Shown here piece by piece: positions 9,917 to 20,076 of a DNA stretch of 64,000 nucleotides. Position 1 is the first letter of the stretch, and every line of letters begins with the position of its first letter. The position numbers and the translations under genes are program-made. The notes below the pieces were generated by a model. The model searched no databases, was not told the origin of the DNA, and was given only the letters and a program-made list of their open reading frames with translations. This stretch comes from Aliiroseovarius sp. (GTDB lineage: Bacteria; Pseudomonadota; Alphaproteobacteria; Rhodobacterales; Rhodobacteraceae). The stretch is from positions 3,220 through 67,219 of the forward strand of contig DAOUQO010000001.1 in the NCBI GenBank assembly GCA_030625565.1. The letters are read 5' to 3'.

Positions 9917-11164
9917 TCAATGCGATAAAATAGATAATGCAAAATCACCATCCGGCGCAACGATTTTAGCGTCCCAGCCGTTCATTAAGCCGGCCACAGG
10001 GGCGGCAACCAAATCAGGCCCGCGCCATAATGCAGGGCTGGCCATAAGGGACGCGCGCACCATGCCGGTTTGACGCCAATCAGGGCAGTCTTTGACCGCG
10101 CGGCCCAACGCGCGCACCTCAAGCCCATCACCGCGGCCAGTCAGCTGCCACCGCTGATCCCACAGGGCCGTGGGCGCACAGGAAACCCCCTTAACAGATT
10201 GATATTCACGACTTATTCTGACTTTACCCCCTTCAGGGGAAATCAAACAGCCATGCAAAGAACGCCTTTCACCACCCCAAACTTGTGCCAATGTGGCCAA
10301 CAGGGCCTCGTATCTGGGCCGATACGGGGCTGAGCTGACCCAGCCAAGCGCATGGGCAAACAGGCGGTGGAATACTTCCTCGGGCAGGTTGTTGGCGTCT
10401 TTGGAAATCAGCACATCACCATTTTGTGTTTCGCATAAATCGCGGGCGGCATGAAATGTTGCCTGTACAAGCGCGCGCCGCGCCCGCGTCAGGTTTTGGG
10501 CTGTCGTGGCCAAGCGGTCGGCATCAATACCCAACGGGGCCAAAAGCACCAGCGCTTGGCGCGCCTTCACCCGATCATAACGCAGGTCATCATTAGAAGG
10601 GTCTTCGGCCCAATCAATGCCTTTCGCGGTCAAATAATCCCTAAGCACCTGACGCTGAACCCCAAGCAGCGGGCGCAACCAATGGATATTTTCAGACTGC
10701 CATTCACCCCGCATGGCCGACAGTCCATCCACACCAGAGCCACGCGCAAGGCGCATCAAAAACGTTTCGGCCTGATCGTCCTTGGTATGGCCTAATGCCA
10801 ACGCATCAACCTTGTTTTCAAGCGCCCAACTGGACAAAAGCCCATAGCGCGCGCGCCGCGCGGCATCTTGCAAATTTCCGGATGAATCCCACTTGCCCCA
10901 GTGTAAAACCTGGTGGGCCACCCCAAGGCGTGCGCAGTTTTTTGCAACCATCCGGGCCTCATCCGCGGCCTCGGGCCTTAGACCATGATCAACCGTGGCC
11001 GCCGACAAGGTAACATTTCCAGCCCGCGCCCAATCGGCGGCAAGATGCAAAAGCGCCATGGAATCGCCGCCGCCCGAAACGGCCACGCCCAGATGGATGG
11101 GTTTTTTTGCTGAAAACGCCGTGGTTAACGCCGCTTCAAGGGCTTTGGCAGGGCTCAATTGCAA
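9917..11164 (-). CDS. tilS: tRNA(Ile)-lysidine synthetase
   Basis: PP-loop motif VAVSGGGDSMALL and the canonical position between cpoB and ftsH. There is no in-frame ATG near the 5' end, so the start is TTG at 11164 (or 11158) and overlaps the cpoB 3' end. Confidence 0.85.
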   Translation of the reverse strand: MQLSPAKALEAALTTAFSAKKPIHLGVAVSGGGDSMALLHLAADWARAGNVTLSAATVDHGLRPEAADEARMVAKNCARLGVAHQVLHWGKWDSSGNLQDAARRARYGLLSSWALENKVDALALGHTKDDQAETFLMRLARGSGVDGLSAMRGEWQSENIHWLRPLLGVQRQVLRDYLTAKGIDWAEDPSNDDLRYDRVKARQALVLLAPLGIDADRLATTAQNLTRARRALVQATFHAARDLCETQNGDVLISKDANNLPEEVFHRLFAHALGWVSSAPYRPRYEALLATLAQVWGGERRSLHGCLISPEGGKVRISREYQSVKGVSCAPTALWDQRWQLTGRGDGLEVRALGRAVKDCPDWRQTGMVRASLMASPALWRGPDLVAAPVAGLMNGWDAKIVAPDGDFALSILSH

Positions 11165-11982
11165 CTAAGGGCTTGGCGCGTGCGCTCGGCCTCGGCCACC
11201 AAGGGCGATGCGGGAAACCGCACCCGAACTTCGGCAAGGGTTGCGCAAGCCTCGGAAATTTGGCCCAGCTCACCCAAGGCCTTGCCCAATTTGAACAGCG
11301 CATCAGGTGCATTCGGGCCACTTGGACTGCCCGAAAATGATGTAAGATAAGCCCGCGCGGCGGGTGCAACTTGGCCAAGGCCCGACAAGGCTTCGCCACG
11401 CAAAAAATGCGCGCGTCCAGTCAAAGGCCCGCCAGTATACGTTTCGGTGAATGTTTCAAATTTGGCCGCGGCATCCTGAAAATTTCCGGCATCCAATGCG
11501 GCCTGTGCGGCATCGAAATCAACCTGTTCACTTACCGCCATCTGGCCAGTGCCGCCGGTATTGGCCACAGCGGGACCAGCCGGGGCTTCGCCGCCGCCAA
11601 GGGTTGTGGTTTGCCCCAGCTGGCTTAGGTCGCCGCCTTCAAGTTCGACAAGGCGAAATTCAAGATCGCCGATGCGGTTTGTGCCATCACGCACGATTTG
11701 ACTGATCCGAAAATCCAGTGTCTCGGTGCGTGCAATAAGGCCGCTCAGCGCGCCTTCTATGGCATTCAGGCGCTCCAATGCCGACCCACCCCCACCACTG
11801 CCACTTGCAGCGCCAGTTGTGGACAATTCACGATTAAGGATTTGTATTTCCACATATAAAAGGGACAATTCCTGCCGGATATCAGCCAGCGTCTGGGCGC
11901 GATCTTGTGCGTAAGCAGCCATGCCCACATTATTTAAAGACACGGCAAAAGCCAGCGCCACAACTGCATTGATTATACGCAT
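11155..11982 (-). CDS. cpoB: Tol-Pal system protein CpoB/YbgF
   Basis: Signal peptide, N-terminal coiled coil (LSLLYVEIQILNRELS.. LDFRISQIV..) and a C-terminal TPR-like region. Lies directly downstream of pal. Confidence 0.8.
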   Translation of the reverse strand: MRIINAVVALAFAVSLNNVGMAAYAQDRAQTLADIRQELSLLYVEIQILNRELSTTGAASGSGGGGSALERLNAIEGALSGLIARTETLDFRISQIVRDGTNRIGDLEFRLVELEGGDLSQLGQTTTLGGGEAPAGPAVANTGGTGQMAVSEQVDFDAAQAALDAGNFQDAAAKFETFTETYTGGPLTGRAHFLRGEALSGLGQVAPAARAYLTSFSGSPSGPNAPDALFKLGKALGELGQISEACATLAEVRVRFPASPLVAEAERTRQALSCN

Positions 11983-12003
11983 ATCCCGCCCCTTTTATTG
12001 GCT

Positions 12004-12510
12004 CTAGCTGGTTAGACCAGCGGCTGAAATTACAGTCACCGAACGGCGGTTCAGGCTATAACATGCCTCATCCGAACAAATTTCAATTGGCCGTTCTTTA
12101 CCGTAACTTACAGTGCGCAGACGGCTGGCGGCCACCCCGCGTTCAATCAGATAATTTTGCACAGCCGATGCACGACGCGCACCAAGCGCAAGGTTATATT
12201 CGCGCGTACCCTGTTCATCTGCGTGGCCTTCAATAATGGCGGTAAACGCCCCGTTTGCCATCAGCCATGTGGCTTGTTGCGCCAGCACATCGCGTGCGGC
12301 GTCGTTTAGCGTTGCCTGATCCACCTCAAACAAAATCCGGTCGCCAATTGTTTGCTGAAAATAGGCCGGGCTGGTCGGATCGCTGACTGATCCAGGCACA
12401 ACTGCGCCTGCCCCCGCGCCACCACCGGCATTGTCAAATCTTCCGGCATTGGTACAGGCCGAAGCCCCCAGCGCCAGCACCACGAAAGCCACCTTGGTAA
12501 TATGTTTCAT
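12004..12510 (-). CDS. pal: peptidoglycan-associated lipoprotein Pal
   Basis: Lipobox LALGASAC and an OmpA-like C-terminal domain (EGHADEQGTREYNLALGARRA). Confidence 0.92.
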   Translation of the reverse strand: MKHITKVAFVVLALGASACTNAGRFDNAGGGAGAGAVVPGSVSDPTSPAYFQQTIGDRILFEVDQATLNDAARDVLAQQATWLMANGAFTAIIEGHADEQGTREYNLALGARRASAVQNYLIERGVAASRLRTVSYGKERPIEICSDEACYSLNRRSVTVISAAGLTS

Positions 12511-12579
12511 AATCAGGTCCTCATTACTTGCTCGTTTTTTTTCAGTATATCATTTATTTGCGGCCTTGGAAACGCGGCC

Positions 12580-13917
12580 CTATTGAAGCGGCGACCACGA
12601 TGGATCAGAGGCCGCACCTTGGTTTGTAACACGCCTAAGGTTTCGTCCGGTTATATCAACCATATACAACGCCGAAGACCCCGCAGCGCCCTGACTTTCG
12701 CGGGTGAACATGATGACGCGTCCGTTTGGCGACCATGTGGGGCCTTCGTCTAAAAACGATGCTGTCAGCAGGCGTTCTTCGCTGCCATCGGTGCGCATAA
12801 CGCCAATATGAAAGCGTCCGGCATTTTGTTTGGTAAAGACAATAAGGTCACCGCGCGGCGACCAAACCGGCGTATTATAGCGACCGGGGCCCGAACTGAT
12901 GCGCTGCGCTTCGCCACCATTTGCGCCCATGACATAAAGCTGCGGGCTGCCTGACCGATCCGAGGTGAAAACGATCTGGCTACCATCTGGTGAAAAGCTG
13001 GGCCCAGTTTCAATCGAAGGCGCACTGGTCAAACGTTGGGGGTTTCCGCCGGAAACATCCATGCGGTAAATATCGGTATTGCCACCCTGTTCAAGCGAAA
13101 ACACCACCTGATTTCCATCCGGGCTAAAGCGCGGTGCAAAGCTCATGTTGCCGCTGGGCGTTGGCAGGGCTGCGCGCCCGACATTGGCGATTTGCAGCAA
13201 GAAAATCTGCGGAAAACCCGTTTCATACGAGGTGTACAAAACCCGATCCCCCGTGGGGGAAAACCGCGGTGAAAGCACCAAAGTTGAACTATCGGTTAGA
13301 AACTGAAGGTTCGCACCGTCATAATCCATGATCGCCAGCCGTTTCAGGCGGGCATTTTTTGGTCCAGTTTCATTCACAAAAACCACGCGGCTGTCGAAAT
13401 ATCCGCTTTCGCCAGTAATCCGGCTGTAAACCGCATCGGCCACCTTGTGGGCAATGCGCCGCCAGCTTTCGGTTGAACCTGCCAGTTGCAGACCTTCGCC
13501 CAGCTGGCCCTGACTAAAGATATCAAACACGCGGAAGCCCACTGTCAGCTTGCCGTCTTCGGCGACAGAAACCGCGCCGGAAATCAAGGCCTGCGCATTA
13601 ATCGCGCGCCAATCGGCATATTGCACAGGGCTGGAAAAATTCGTGATGGTTGAGATAAATGCCGTGGACGGAATTTCGCGAAACAGCCCGGTTCCGGCTA
13701 AATCAGCAGCAACCACACGGGCAATATTGCGGGACATTTCAGTGGCAGCCGCATTCTGCGCCTGAAAATCAGGCACCGCAAATGGCAAGGGTTCAATCAC
13801 GCCTTCGGTAATTTCAATGCGCAAAGGTTCCGCAATGGCGGGCGCAAGGCCAGCAAGCCCGGACAGGGCCACAAAGGTCAACATTCGACCAAGGGTCAGG
13901 ATTTTGTGCAAGCTCAT
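12580..13917 (-). CDS. tolB: Tol-Pal system beta-propeller protein TolB
   Basis: Signal peptide and repeated P.FSPDG / W.P.G propeller motifs. Its ATG overlaps the tolA stop (ATGA). Confidence 0.93.
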   Translation of the reverse strand: MSLHKILTLGRMLTFVALSGLAGLAPAIAEPLRIEITEGVIEPLPFAVPDFQAQNAAATEMSRNIARVVAADLAGTGLFREIPSTAFISTITNFSSPVQYADWRAINAQALISGAVSVAEDGKLTVGFRVFDIFSQGQLGEGLQLAGSTESWRRIAHKVADAVYSRITGESGYFDSRVVFVNETGPKNARLKRLAIMDYDGANLQFLTDSSTLVLSPRFSPTGDRVLYTSYETGFPQIFLLQIANVGRAALPTPSGNMSFAPRFSPDGNQVVFSLEQGGNTDIYRMDVSGGNPQRLTSAPSIETGPSFSPDGSQIVFTSDRSGSPQLYVMGANGGEAQRISSGPGRYNTPVWSPRGDLIVFTKQNAGRFHIGVMRTDGSEERLLTASFLDEGPTWSPNGRVIMFTRESQGAAGSSALYMVDITGRNLRRVTNQGAASDPSWSPLQ

Positions 13918-14855
13918 TTGATCCTCATATTCTCTGGATTAAAGGTCATTTCGATTTCCCGCCAGTGTTCATATTTTTCGCTCGGCAAATTATAGCCACT
14001 TGTTCCGCATCGAATAATCGCGCGCCGTGCGGTTTCATATGCCCGCCGCGCTGCTGCATCTGATCCGCCGGTGAACGAAACCATATGGATCGATGCGACT
14101 TCCGGCTTGGCTTCGGGCGAAAGCGTGACCCCGACAACCACTGTGGTCTGCATTGCTTCGCTTGACAAGGAACCGACGTTCCAACAATTGCCCACCGAAA
14201 CCTGCAAGCCACGCAACTCGCCCCGGCTTAAGGGCGGGCCTGTTGGCGCGGTCGCGGGTGTCGGCGTGGATGTCGAGTTTGTAAGGGCTTCGGCAATCGC
14301 GTCATTTATGGTTTCGCTTGGTGCGGGGTCAGGGTCAGGTTCCGCATCCGGCGCAGGCCGGTTTGGTCGGGCCCGCGGGCGTAAAGATGTGGTCGGCGCC
14401 AAATCCGCGACCTCGGTTGCTTCGGTCACGATTTCGGTTGTTGCGGCTTCGGGCGCGGCTGCCTCAGCTTCTGGCTGGGTTTCTGTACCAACTTCATTTG
14501 TCGCCACCTCCTCTTGCACCACCGGAGCAATTTCAACCTCGGGGGCAGGTTCGGGCGCAACTTCGGGCGCCACCCGATCAATATCAGCAGGGGCGGTTTC
14601 CGGTTCAGTTTCAAGCTCGGGTACAGGATCAGGCGGCTGGGGGCGTGAGGGTGCCACCGGCGAAACCTCAGGCGCGATACTTTCAGGTTCGGCATCTGTA
14701 TTGGTTAGCGCGTCAAACTGGGCCTCGGACAAGATGGAAACCTGACTGACCTGCAACAAATCGTCCTTAGGCTGAGAGGTGAACAGGCCACCAAACAGCA
14801 GCCATGCGATCAGCACCCCATGCGCGATTCCTGATATATACAGCCCGAATTTCAC
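13914..14855 (-). CDS. tolA: TolA-like cell envelope integrity protein (Pro/Glu/Ala-rich linker)
   Basis: Single N-terminal TM helix, a long PEPAPEVE-type linker and a small C-terminal globular domain. Positioned between tolR and tolB. GTG start. Confidence 0.65.
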   Translation of the reverse strand: MKFGLYISGIAHGVLIAWLLFGGLFTSQPKDDLLQVSQVSILSEAQFDALTNTDAEPESIAPEVSPVAPSRPQPPDPVPELETEPETAPADIDRVAPEVAPEPAPEVEIAPVVQEEVATNEVGTETQPEAEAAAPEAATTEIVTEATEVADLAPTTSLRPRARPNRPAPDAEPDPDPAPSETINDAIAEALTNSTSTPTPATAPTGPPLSRGELRGLQVSVGNCWNVGSLSSEAMQTTVVVGVTLSPEAKPEVASIHMVSFTGGSDAAARRAYETARRAIIRCGTSGYNLPSEKYEHWREIEMTFNPENMRIK

Positions 14856-14861
14856 CGCGCC

Positions 14862-15341
14862 CTACCCGTCAGATCCATCAAGGGCGGGGCCGCCAGTATC
14901 CGTGACCAGTCCGATATTATGAAAGCCCGCCGCATTCAGCGCGCCCATGATTTCAGCAAATTCGCCATAGGTTACCGCCCCGTCAGCGCGCAAAAATACC
15001 TTGTCGTCATCACGTTCAGCAGCGATTGCCGTCAGGCGCGCGATCAAATCAGCACGGGGGATTTCAGTTTTTTGCAAGACCACCATGCCTTCGGCTGTCA
15101 GGGTGATGGTCAAGGGTTCTTCTTCGACCGCAGGCAAGGCGCCGGCGGCTGTTTTAGGCAGCTCAACCGGCACGCCAACCGTCAATAACGGGGCTGCAAC
15201 CATGAAAATAATCAGCAAAACCAGCATCACATCAACAAAGGGCGTGACATTGATTTCCGCCATCACCCGGCGATGTTTGCCGCGCCTGCGCCCGCGACGC
15301 CCCCGACGGTCCGAACCACTGCTTTGCACCGCACCGCCCAC
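14862..15341 (-). CDS. tolR: ExbD/TolR family protein TolR
   Basis: INVTPFVDVMLVLLIIFMVAAPL core. The track ORF extends into tolQ in another frame. I chose GTG 15341, 1 nt after the tolQ stop, which gives a basic N-terminus (..RRGRRGRRRGKHRR). ATG 15263 is the alternative. Confidence 0.85.
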   Translation of the reverse strand: MGGAVQSSGSDRRGRRGRRRGKHRRVMAEINVTPFVDVMLVLLIIFMVAAPLLTVGVPVELPKTAAGALPAVEEEPLTITLTAEGMVVLQKTEIPRADLIARLTAIAAERDDDKVFLRADGAVTYGEFAEIMGALNAAGFHNIGLVTDTGGPALDGSDG

Positions 15342-15342
15342 C

Positions 15343-16038
15343 TTAGCTGTCCAACTGGCGGCTAAGGATGGTGGCGAATTCATCGGCGAACGCCTCCCAA
15401 CCGGCGGCGATTGCGTCGCTATCGACCGATAGCTTGTTATAAAAAACCAGCGCCGGAATAGCCGCCAACAGGCCAAGGCCAGTGGCCAACAGGGCCTCGG
15501 CAATACCGGGGGCCACGACGGCAAGGTTGGTGTTTTGCTGCTGGGCAATTTCTATAAAGGCATTCATGATACCCCAAACTGTGCCGAACAGGCCAACAAA
15601 AGGCGCGGTAGCAGCAACCGTTGCTAGAAATGTCAGCCCCTTGTTTAACCCTTCGGCTTCCTTGGCAATCGCCACATCCATGGAGCGATCGATGCGCGCC
15701 TGCGCACCTGCGATCAGCCCGCCATCATCACGGTGGCTGCGACGCCATTCCAACATGCCCGCCGCGAATACCTTTTGCGCCGCGCCATTGGGGGCCGCGC
15801 CGATTTGGTCATATAAGCCATCCAGCGGCTCACCCGACCAGAATGCTTTGTCGAACCAGCCTGCCTCGGCCCGGATTCTTCGGTAACTGGCCAGCTTGGT
15901 GAAAACAATTGCCCATGACCAAAACGATGCCATGATCAACAAGATCATCACCAGTTTCACGACCAGAGTTGCACGTAGAAAAAGCGCCAAGAACGAAAAA
16001 TCGATCTCTTGCGCCAAAGCGAGAGTTTGCGTGTCCAT
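15343..16038 (-). CDS. tolQ: MotA/TolQ/ExbB proton channel protein TolQ
   Basis: Three TM helices and the family-typical GLLAAIPALVFYN segment. Lies upstream of tolR. Confidence 0.92.
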   Translation of the reverse strand: MDTQTLALAQEIDFSFLALFLRATLVVKLVMILLIMASFWSWAIVFTKLASYRRIRAEAGWFDKAFWSGEPLDGLYDQIGAAPNGAAQKVFAAGMLEWRRSHRDDGGLIAGAQARIDRSMDVAIAKEAEGLNKGLTFLATVAATAPFVGLFGTVWGIMNAFIEIAQQQNTNLAVVAPGIAEALLATGLGLLAAIPALVFYNKLSVDSDAIAAGWEAFADEFATILSRQLDS

Positions 16039-16201
16039 ATATCTGCCTCAATATCGTCGCCTCTTTGGACGACCTAATTGAAGGCAATTTAAAACAGTTT
16101 CACTAAGAAAGCCAACAAAAGCAGCAAGTGGCGTGCTTTTGCCTGCTTATCTATAAAAAATGGCGGATTATTGCCGTAAACAGCCCCAGATCAGGCTGCT
16201 T

Positions 16202-16585
16202 TTAATCGCTGACCTTAATTTCAGCAGGCAAACGAACAACGCGTCCGGCTTCGTTGATACAAGCGGCCGTTACCAAAGCCTTGAAAAGCAGCGTTTCACC
16301 CCTGAATACCTTTTGGTCAAAAACCATACGCACCTTGGTTACTTTCACAACATCCGTGATCACAACCAGCTCATCCTCAAAACGCGCGGGGGTAATATAG
16401 TCAGCCTCAACGCGGCTCACCACAAACACCTGTCCGGCGGCGCGCATGGCGTTTTGGTCAACCCCAATATTGCGCACCCAATCCGAACGTGCGCGTTCGA
16501 TATAGCGCAAATAATTTGCGTAATAAACGATACCCGCCATGTCGGTATCTTCGTAAAAAACCCGGATTGGAAATTGAAAAATCAT
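16202..16585 (-). CDS. ybgC: Tol-Pal-associated acyl-CoA thioesterase (4HBT/YbgC family)
   Basis: Hotdog thioesterase N-terminus FPIRVFYEDTDMAGIVYYANYLRYIERAR, 127 aa, located upstream of tolQ. Confidence 0.85.
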   Translation of the reverse strand: MIFQFPIRVFYEDTDMAGIVYYANYLRYIERARSDWVRNIGVDQNAMRAAGQVFVVSRVEADYITPARFEDELVVITDVVKVTKVRMVFDQKVFRGETLLFKALVTAACINEAGRVVRLPAEIKVSD

Positions 16586-17223
16586 GCTGGATCCTGACTG
16601 GCTTGCTGAATGCGCGCCGCAAGCCGCAGCGCGTGCGCCACATTATCAGCCGCAACCGGCATCACTGTGTCATAAGCGGCACGGATCACATCGGCAATCT
16701 CGGGTCGCAAAATCACCGCGCCATTATCGGGCAATATCGCAAGCGGGCTTTGGCTGGAAAACGCCTGACTGGACCACGTAACAATTGCCCCCGCTGCTTG
16801 CGAAAGCGCCAGCGTTTCAGCCGGCTGTTCAGCCATTTCATCTGTCATACATGTGAATGAAAAACACGCCTGAATTGCGCCATCATCATCAAACCGGAAC
16901 GCCCGATACTGGCTGGCATTTGCTGCCTTAAGGCGTGTAACCACCGACACAAGATCAGGCACAAGTTCGCCCAGTTTTGGCACATCCAACAACTCGTCCC
17001 AATGGGAGAAAAAGAACAGCATTAAATTGGCACCCAGTTCGGGATCGGTCTCAGCCATTTGGTGTCCGGCCAAGGTCACAACCGCCTCGATCGCGCCCTT
17101 AACAACTTCAAGTGTTGCCTCATCCACGCCAAAAACCACCGGCACAATCGGCCGCCCCCAACGGGCAAATTTATATGTACCGTCTTTGCTGGTGAATAAT
17201 TCTTCTATTGTTAGTTGTTTCAC
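16582..17223 (-). CDS. conserved-looking hypothetical protein between ruvB and ybgC
   Basis: 213-aa ORF with a GTG start. Its stop overlaps the ybgC ATG (ATGA). No motif recognised. Coding-like composition and the only long frame here. Confidence 0.6.
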   Translation of the reverse strand: MKQLTIEELFTSKDGTYKFARWGRPIVPVVFGVDEATLEVVKGAIEAVVTLAGHQMAETDPELGANLMLFFFSHWDELLDVPKLGELVPDLVSVVTRLKAANASQYRAFRFDDDGAIQACFSFTCMTDEMAEQPAETLALSQAAGAIVTWSSQAFSSQSPLAILPDNGAVILRPEIADVIRAAYDTVMPVAADNVAHALRLAARIQQASQDPA

Positions 17224-17232
17224 GACCTACAC

Positions 17233-17268
17233 TTTTCCTCTTGCCATAAATATCCCCGCCGGAGGCAT
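17233..17268 (-). repeat. dispersed intercistronic element, copy 2
   Basis: Sense strand ATGCCTCCGGCGGGGATATTTATGGCAAGAGGAAAA, 35/36 identical to copy 1. It begins 10 nt after the ruvB stop. Confidence 0.8.
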
Positions 17269-17278
17269 ACACCATCTT

Positions 17279-18307
17279 TTATTTAGCAAACAACCCTGCT
17301 TGCCCAGAGGGCTTTGGCGCCTGCAGCCCCAAATGCACCCAAGCGCGTGGGGCCAACATACGGCCGCGCGGGGTGCGCTGGATCAAACCTTGCTGCAACA
17401 AATACGGCTCGACCACCTCTTCCAGCCCGTCGCGGGCCTCGGACAAGGCCGCCGAAAGCGTTTCAATCCCGACAGGACCGCCCGCATAATGTTCAGCGAT
17501 TAAATTCAGATAGCGTCGATCGGCCCCGTCAAGGCCCAGATGGTCAACCCCCAGCCGGGTTAGGGCATTATCGGCAATTTCGCGGGTAATCCGCCCGTCG
17601 CCTTCGACCACGGCGAAATCCAGCACGCGGCGCAGCAGGCGTCCGGCGATACGCGGTGTGCCGCGTGCCCGTTTGGCAATTTCGCGCGCCCCCTCGCTGT
17701 CGGCCGGCACGCCCAGCTTGATCGCATTGTTAGTGACGATCTGATGCAGCTCGTCCTCGGTGTAAAATTGCAACCGTGTTGGGATGCCAAAACGGTCGCG
17801 CAGGGGGGTTGTCAGCAGGCCCATTCGGGTGGTGGCCCCAACCAACGTAAACGGCTGCAACTCGATACGAACAGTGCGCGCGGCGGGGCCTTCGCCAATC
17901 ACCAGATCCAGTTCAAAATCTTCAAGGGCTGGATACAGCACCTCTTCAACCACAGGATTCAATCGGTGGATTTCATCGATAAACAACACATCATTACGTT
18001 CAAGGTTGGTCAAGATTGCCGCTAGATCACCAGCGCGCGCCAGCACCGGACCGGAAGTCATGCGGAAATTGACGCCCAGTTCGCGCGCAATGATTTGTGC
18101 CAGCGTGGTTTTCCCCAACCCCGGAGGGCCGTGAAACAGCGCGTGGTCCATTGCTTCATTTCGTTGACGTGCGCTTTCGATGAACACCCGCAAATTGGCG
18201 CGGGCTTCTGCCTGACCGATGAAATCGTCCAGAACCTGTGGGCGCAAGGCGCGATCAACGTCACCGGGATGTGGCTCGGGGCGCAAAGTTGGGTCGGGGT
18301 TGGTCAT
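17279..18307 (-). CDS. ruvB: Holliday junction branch migration helicase RuvB
   Basis: Walker [10 protein letters not shown], Walker B LFIDEIHR, full length 342 aa. Confidence 0.96.
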   Translation of the reverse strand: MTNPDPTLRPEPHPGDVDRALRPQVLDDFIGQAEARANLRVFIESARQRNEAMDHALFHGPPGLGKTTLAQIIARELGVNFRMTSGPVLARAGDLAAILTNLERNDVLFIDEIHRLNPVVEEVLYPALEDFELDLVIGEGPAARTVRIELQPFTLVGATTRMGLLTTPLRDRFGIPTRLQFYTEDELHQIVTNNAIKLGVPADSEGAREIAKRARGTPRIAGRLLRRVLDFAVVEGDGRITREIADNALTRLGVDHLGLDGADRRYLNLIAEHYAGGPVGIETLSAALSEARDGLEEVVEPYLLQQGLIQRTPRGRMLAPRAWVHLGLQAPKPSGQAGLFAK

Positions 18308-18310
18308 GCG

Positions 18311-18982
18311 TTAGCCTTTAGGTGCCAGAAGTTTCAGGGCCGCGCGGATCAAATCCGGGGTTCCAGAATCGGGATTTTCGCCCATGGTCTGGGCCACGGC
18401 GGCCGCGGCCTCTCCGGGAGCGTAGCCCAGATTGGTCAGGGCTGACAGGGCCTCGCTTTGGGCGGCTGAATTGGTTGGTGCGGGCGCAGAACTGGTTGGC
18501 TTTGCCTCTGGAATTGTATCGTCGATAACATCATCATCCACCGCTTCCGGACTGGCTGAATGGGCACCCATTGCCATCACGGCGGGTGCTTTGTCTTTCA
18601 ATTCCAGCACCACGCGTTGCGCGGTTTTCGGCCCCACACCTTTGGCCGCCTTCACCGCATTCATGTCGCCCAGCGCAATGGCGCGGCTGACGCCGTCCGC
18701 GCCCAGCGTGCCCAAAATCGCCATCGAGGCCTTGGCCCCGATGCCTTGCACGCTCATTAATAAGCGGTGCCATTCCTTTTCTATCAGCGAGGTAAAGCCA
18801 AAAAGTTGCAGGTTATCTTCGCGCACCAAAAGGTCGGTATATAACGCCGTCGCTTGGCCTGTTGCTGGCAGCGCCGCCATGGTGCGGGCGGACACATAGA
18901 CCAAATAACCAACCCCGCGCACATCAATTAAAACGTGGTCTTCGGCCCGGTAATCAATGCGTCCTGCGATGCGTCCAATCAT
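18311..18982 (-). CDS. ruvA: Holliday junction DNA-binding protein RuvA
   Basis: MIGRIAGRI.. N-terminus and HhH motifs ([26 protein letters not shown]). Confidence 0.95.
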   Translation of the reverse strand: MIGRIAGRIDYRAEDHVLIDVRGVGYLVYVSARTMAALPATGQATALYTDLLVREDNLQLFGFTSLIEKEWHRLLMSVQGIGAKASMAILGTLGADGVSRAIALGDMNAVKAAKGVGPKTAQRVVLELKDKAPAVMAMGAHSASPEAVDDDVIDDTIPEAKPTSSAPAPTNSAAQSEALSALTNLGYAPGEAAAAVAQTMGENPDSGTPDLIRAALKLLAPKG

Positions 18983-19485
18983 GCGGCACCCTTTCTGATT
19001 GCGGCCTCAAGCCGGTTTGAGGCACGCGCATAATGGGCATGGCACAGCGCAATTGCCAAGGCATCGGCCGCATCCGGCCCAGCGATTTCCACGCCGGGCA
19101 ATTGTAGGCGCACCATATGTTCCACCTGTTTTTTATCCGCATGGCCAACGCCAACCACGGTTTTCTTGATTTTGTTCGGGGCATATTCGCCAATATCCAG
19201 CCCCGCACGCGCAGGCACCAACATGGCAATACCGCGTGCTTGGCCCAACTTTAGGGTTCCGGCCCCGTCTTTGTTAACAAATGTTTGTTCAACTGCCGCA
19301 GTGCTGGGCACAAAACGCGCGACAACATCGCTAAGCTGGTCAAACAAAGCCAGAAGGCGCGGCGCCAAATCTCCGGTGCCGGAATGGCAAACGCCATTGG
19401 CCACATGTGAAATCCGCGCACCCTGCACATCAATCACGCCCCAGCCAAGATTTCGTAGCCCCGGATCAATTCCTATTACGCGCAT
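18979..19485 (-). CDS. ruvC: crossover junction endodeoxyribonuclease RuvC
   Basis: [19 protein letters not shown]-terminus. ATG 19485 is preceded by GGTGGA. The track start 19524 is GTG. Confidence 0.93.
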   Translation of the reverse strand: MRVIGIDPGLRNLGWGVIDVQGARISHVANGVCHSGTGDLAPRLLALFDQLSDVVARFVPSTAAVEQTFVNKDGAGTLKLGQARGIAMLVPARAGLDIGEYAPNKIKKTVVGVGHADKKQVEHMVRLQLPGVEIAGPDAADALAIALCHAHYARASNRLEAAIRKGAA

Positions 19486-19791
19486 TCCACCCGCCTTTTG
19501 CTGCTTTTTAGTCAGAAATAGCACAAACAGCGAACATGTCTAGAATTAACTACATTTGGTGGCCCGGCGCCTTGGGCTGCAAAATAGATCATTTGCGACC
19601 TCGCAAGGCATAAAAGCGACGTTTTTAAGCCGTGTTTATGCGTTTATTAACAAGACTTTAACGCAAATATGACCTATGCAAAAAACGCATGCGAGATATG
19701 CTTTTTCAGCAATTGTACAATCGGTTTGGCATCCCTAAGTGAGGTTCAGATATAATTTTGTATCGCACAGTTCAAAACAAAGGATGAAACA

Positions 19792-19992
19792 ATGGCTGTA
19801 TATAACGACGTTCCGAATTCGACATTTGGTCAGGGTTTCGCTGATGTGATTTCGCGCGCGGCTTTCCGCGCCGCCGTGGCGTTTTCCGACTGGAACAACA
19901 CACGCAAAACCGAAAAGGTGCTGATGGCCCTTTCGGATCGCGAACTGGATGATATCGGCCTGACACGCGGCACCATTCATCTTTACCGCTAA
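19792..19992 (+). CDS. DUF1127 domain-containing small protein
   Basis: 66 aa with the C-terminal DUF1127 signature LSDRELDDIGLTRGTI. SD AAAGGA lies upstream and hairpins downstream. Confidence 0.8.
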   Translation: MAVYNDVPNSTFGQGFADVISRAAFRAAVAFSDWNNTRKTEKVLMALSDRELDDIGLTRGTIHLYR

Positions 19993-20039
19993 GGCGACGA
20001 CATAAAAAGGCCGCCCTGTTGTCAGGACGGCCCGCTTGC

Positions 20040-20076
20040 AAAAGGCCCCCACCATTTGGCGGGGGCCTTTTATTTT
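20040..20076. terminator. bidirectional intrinsic terminator (DUF1127 gene / degP)
   Basis: GGCCCCC-N10-GGGGGCC is flanked by AAAA on the left and TTTTATTTT on the right. A second 10-bp hairpin sits at 20008..20031. The element overlaps the degP stop codon. Confidence 0.65.

Noticed and set aside
14071-14745. 224-aa Ser/Gly/Ala-rich plus-strand ORF (also 14318..14749 and 14426..14695)
   Set aside because: It lies antisense to or out of frame with the Pro/Glu/Ala-rich linker of tolA. It is a low-complexity shadow frame.
15342-15548. N-terminal extensions suggested by the ORF track (tolR to 15548, rpiA to 26111, thiN to 29577, trpB to 59535, ihfB to 61446, TPR protein from 45155)
   Set aside because: The extensions overlap upstream genes or promoter DNA and add non-homologous residues. 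They also bypass internal starts that have good SDs and family-typical N-termini.
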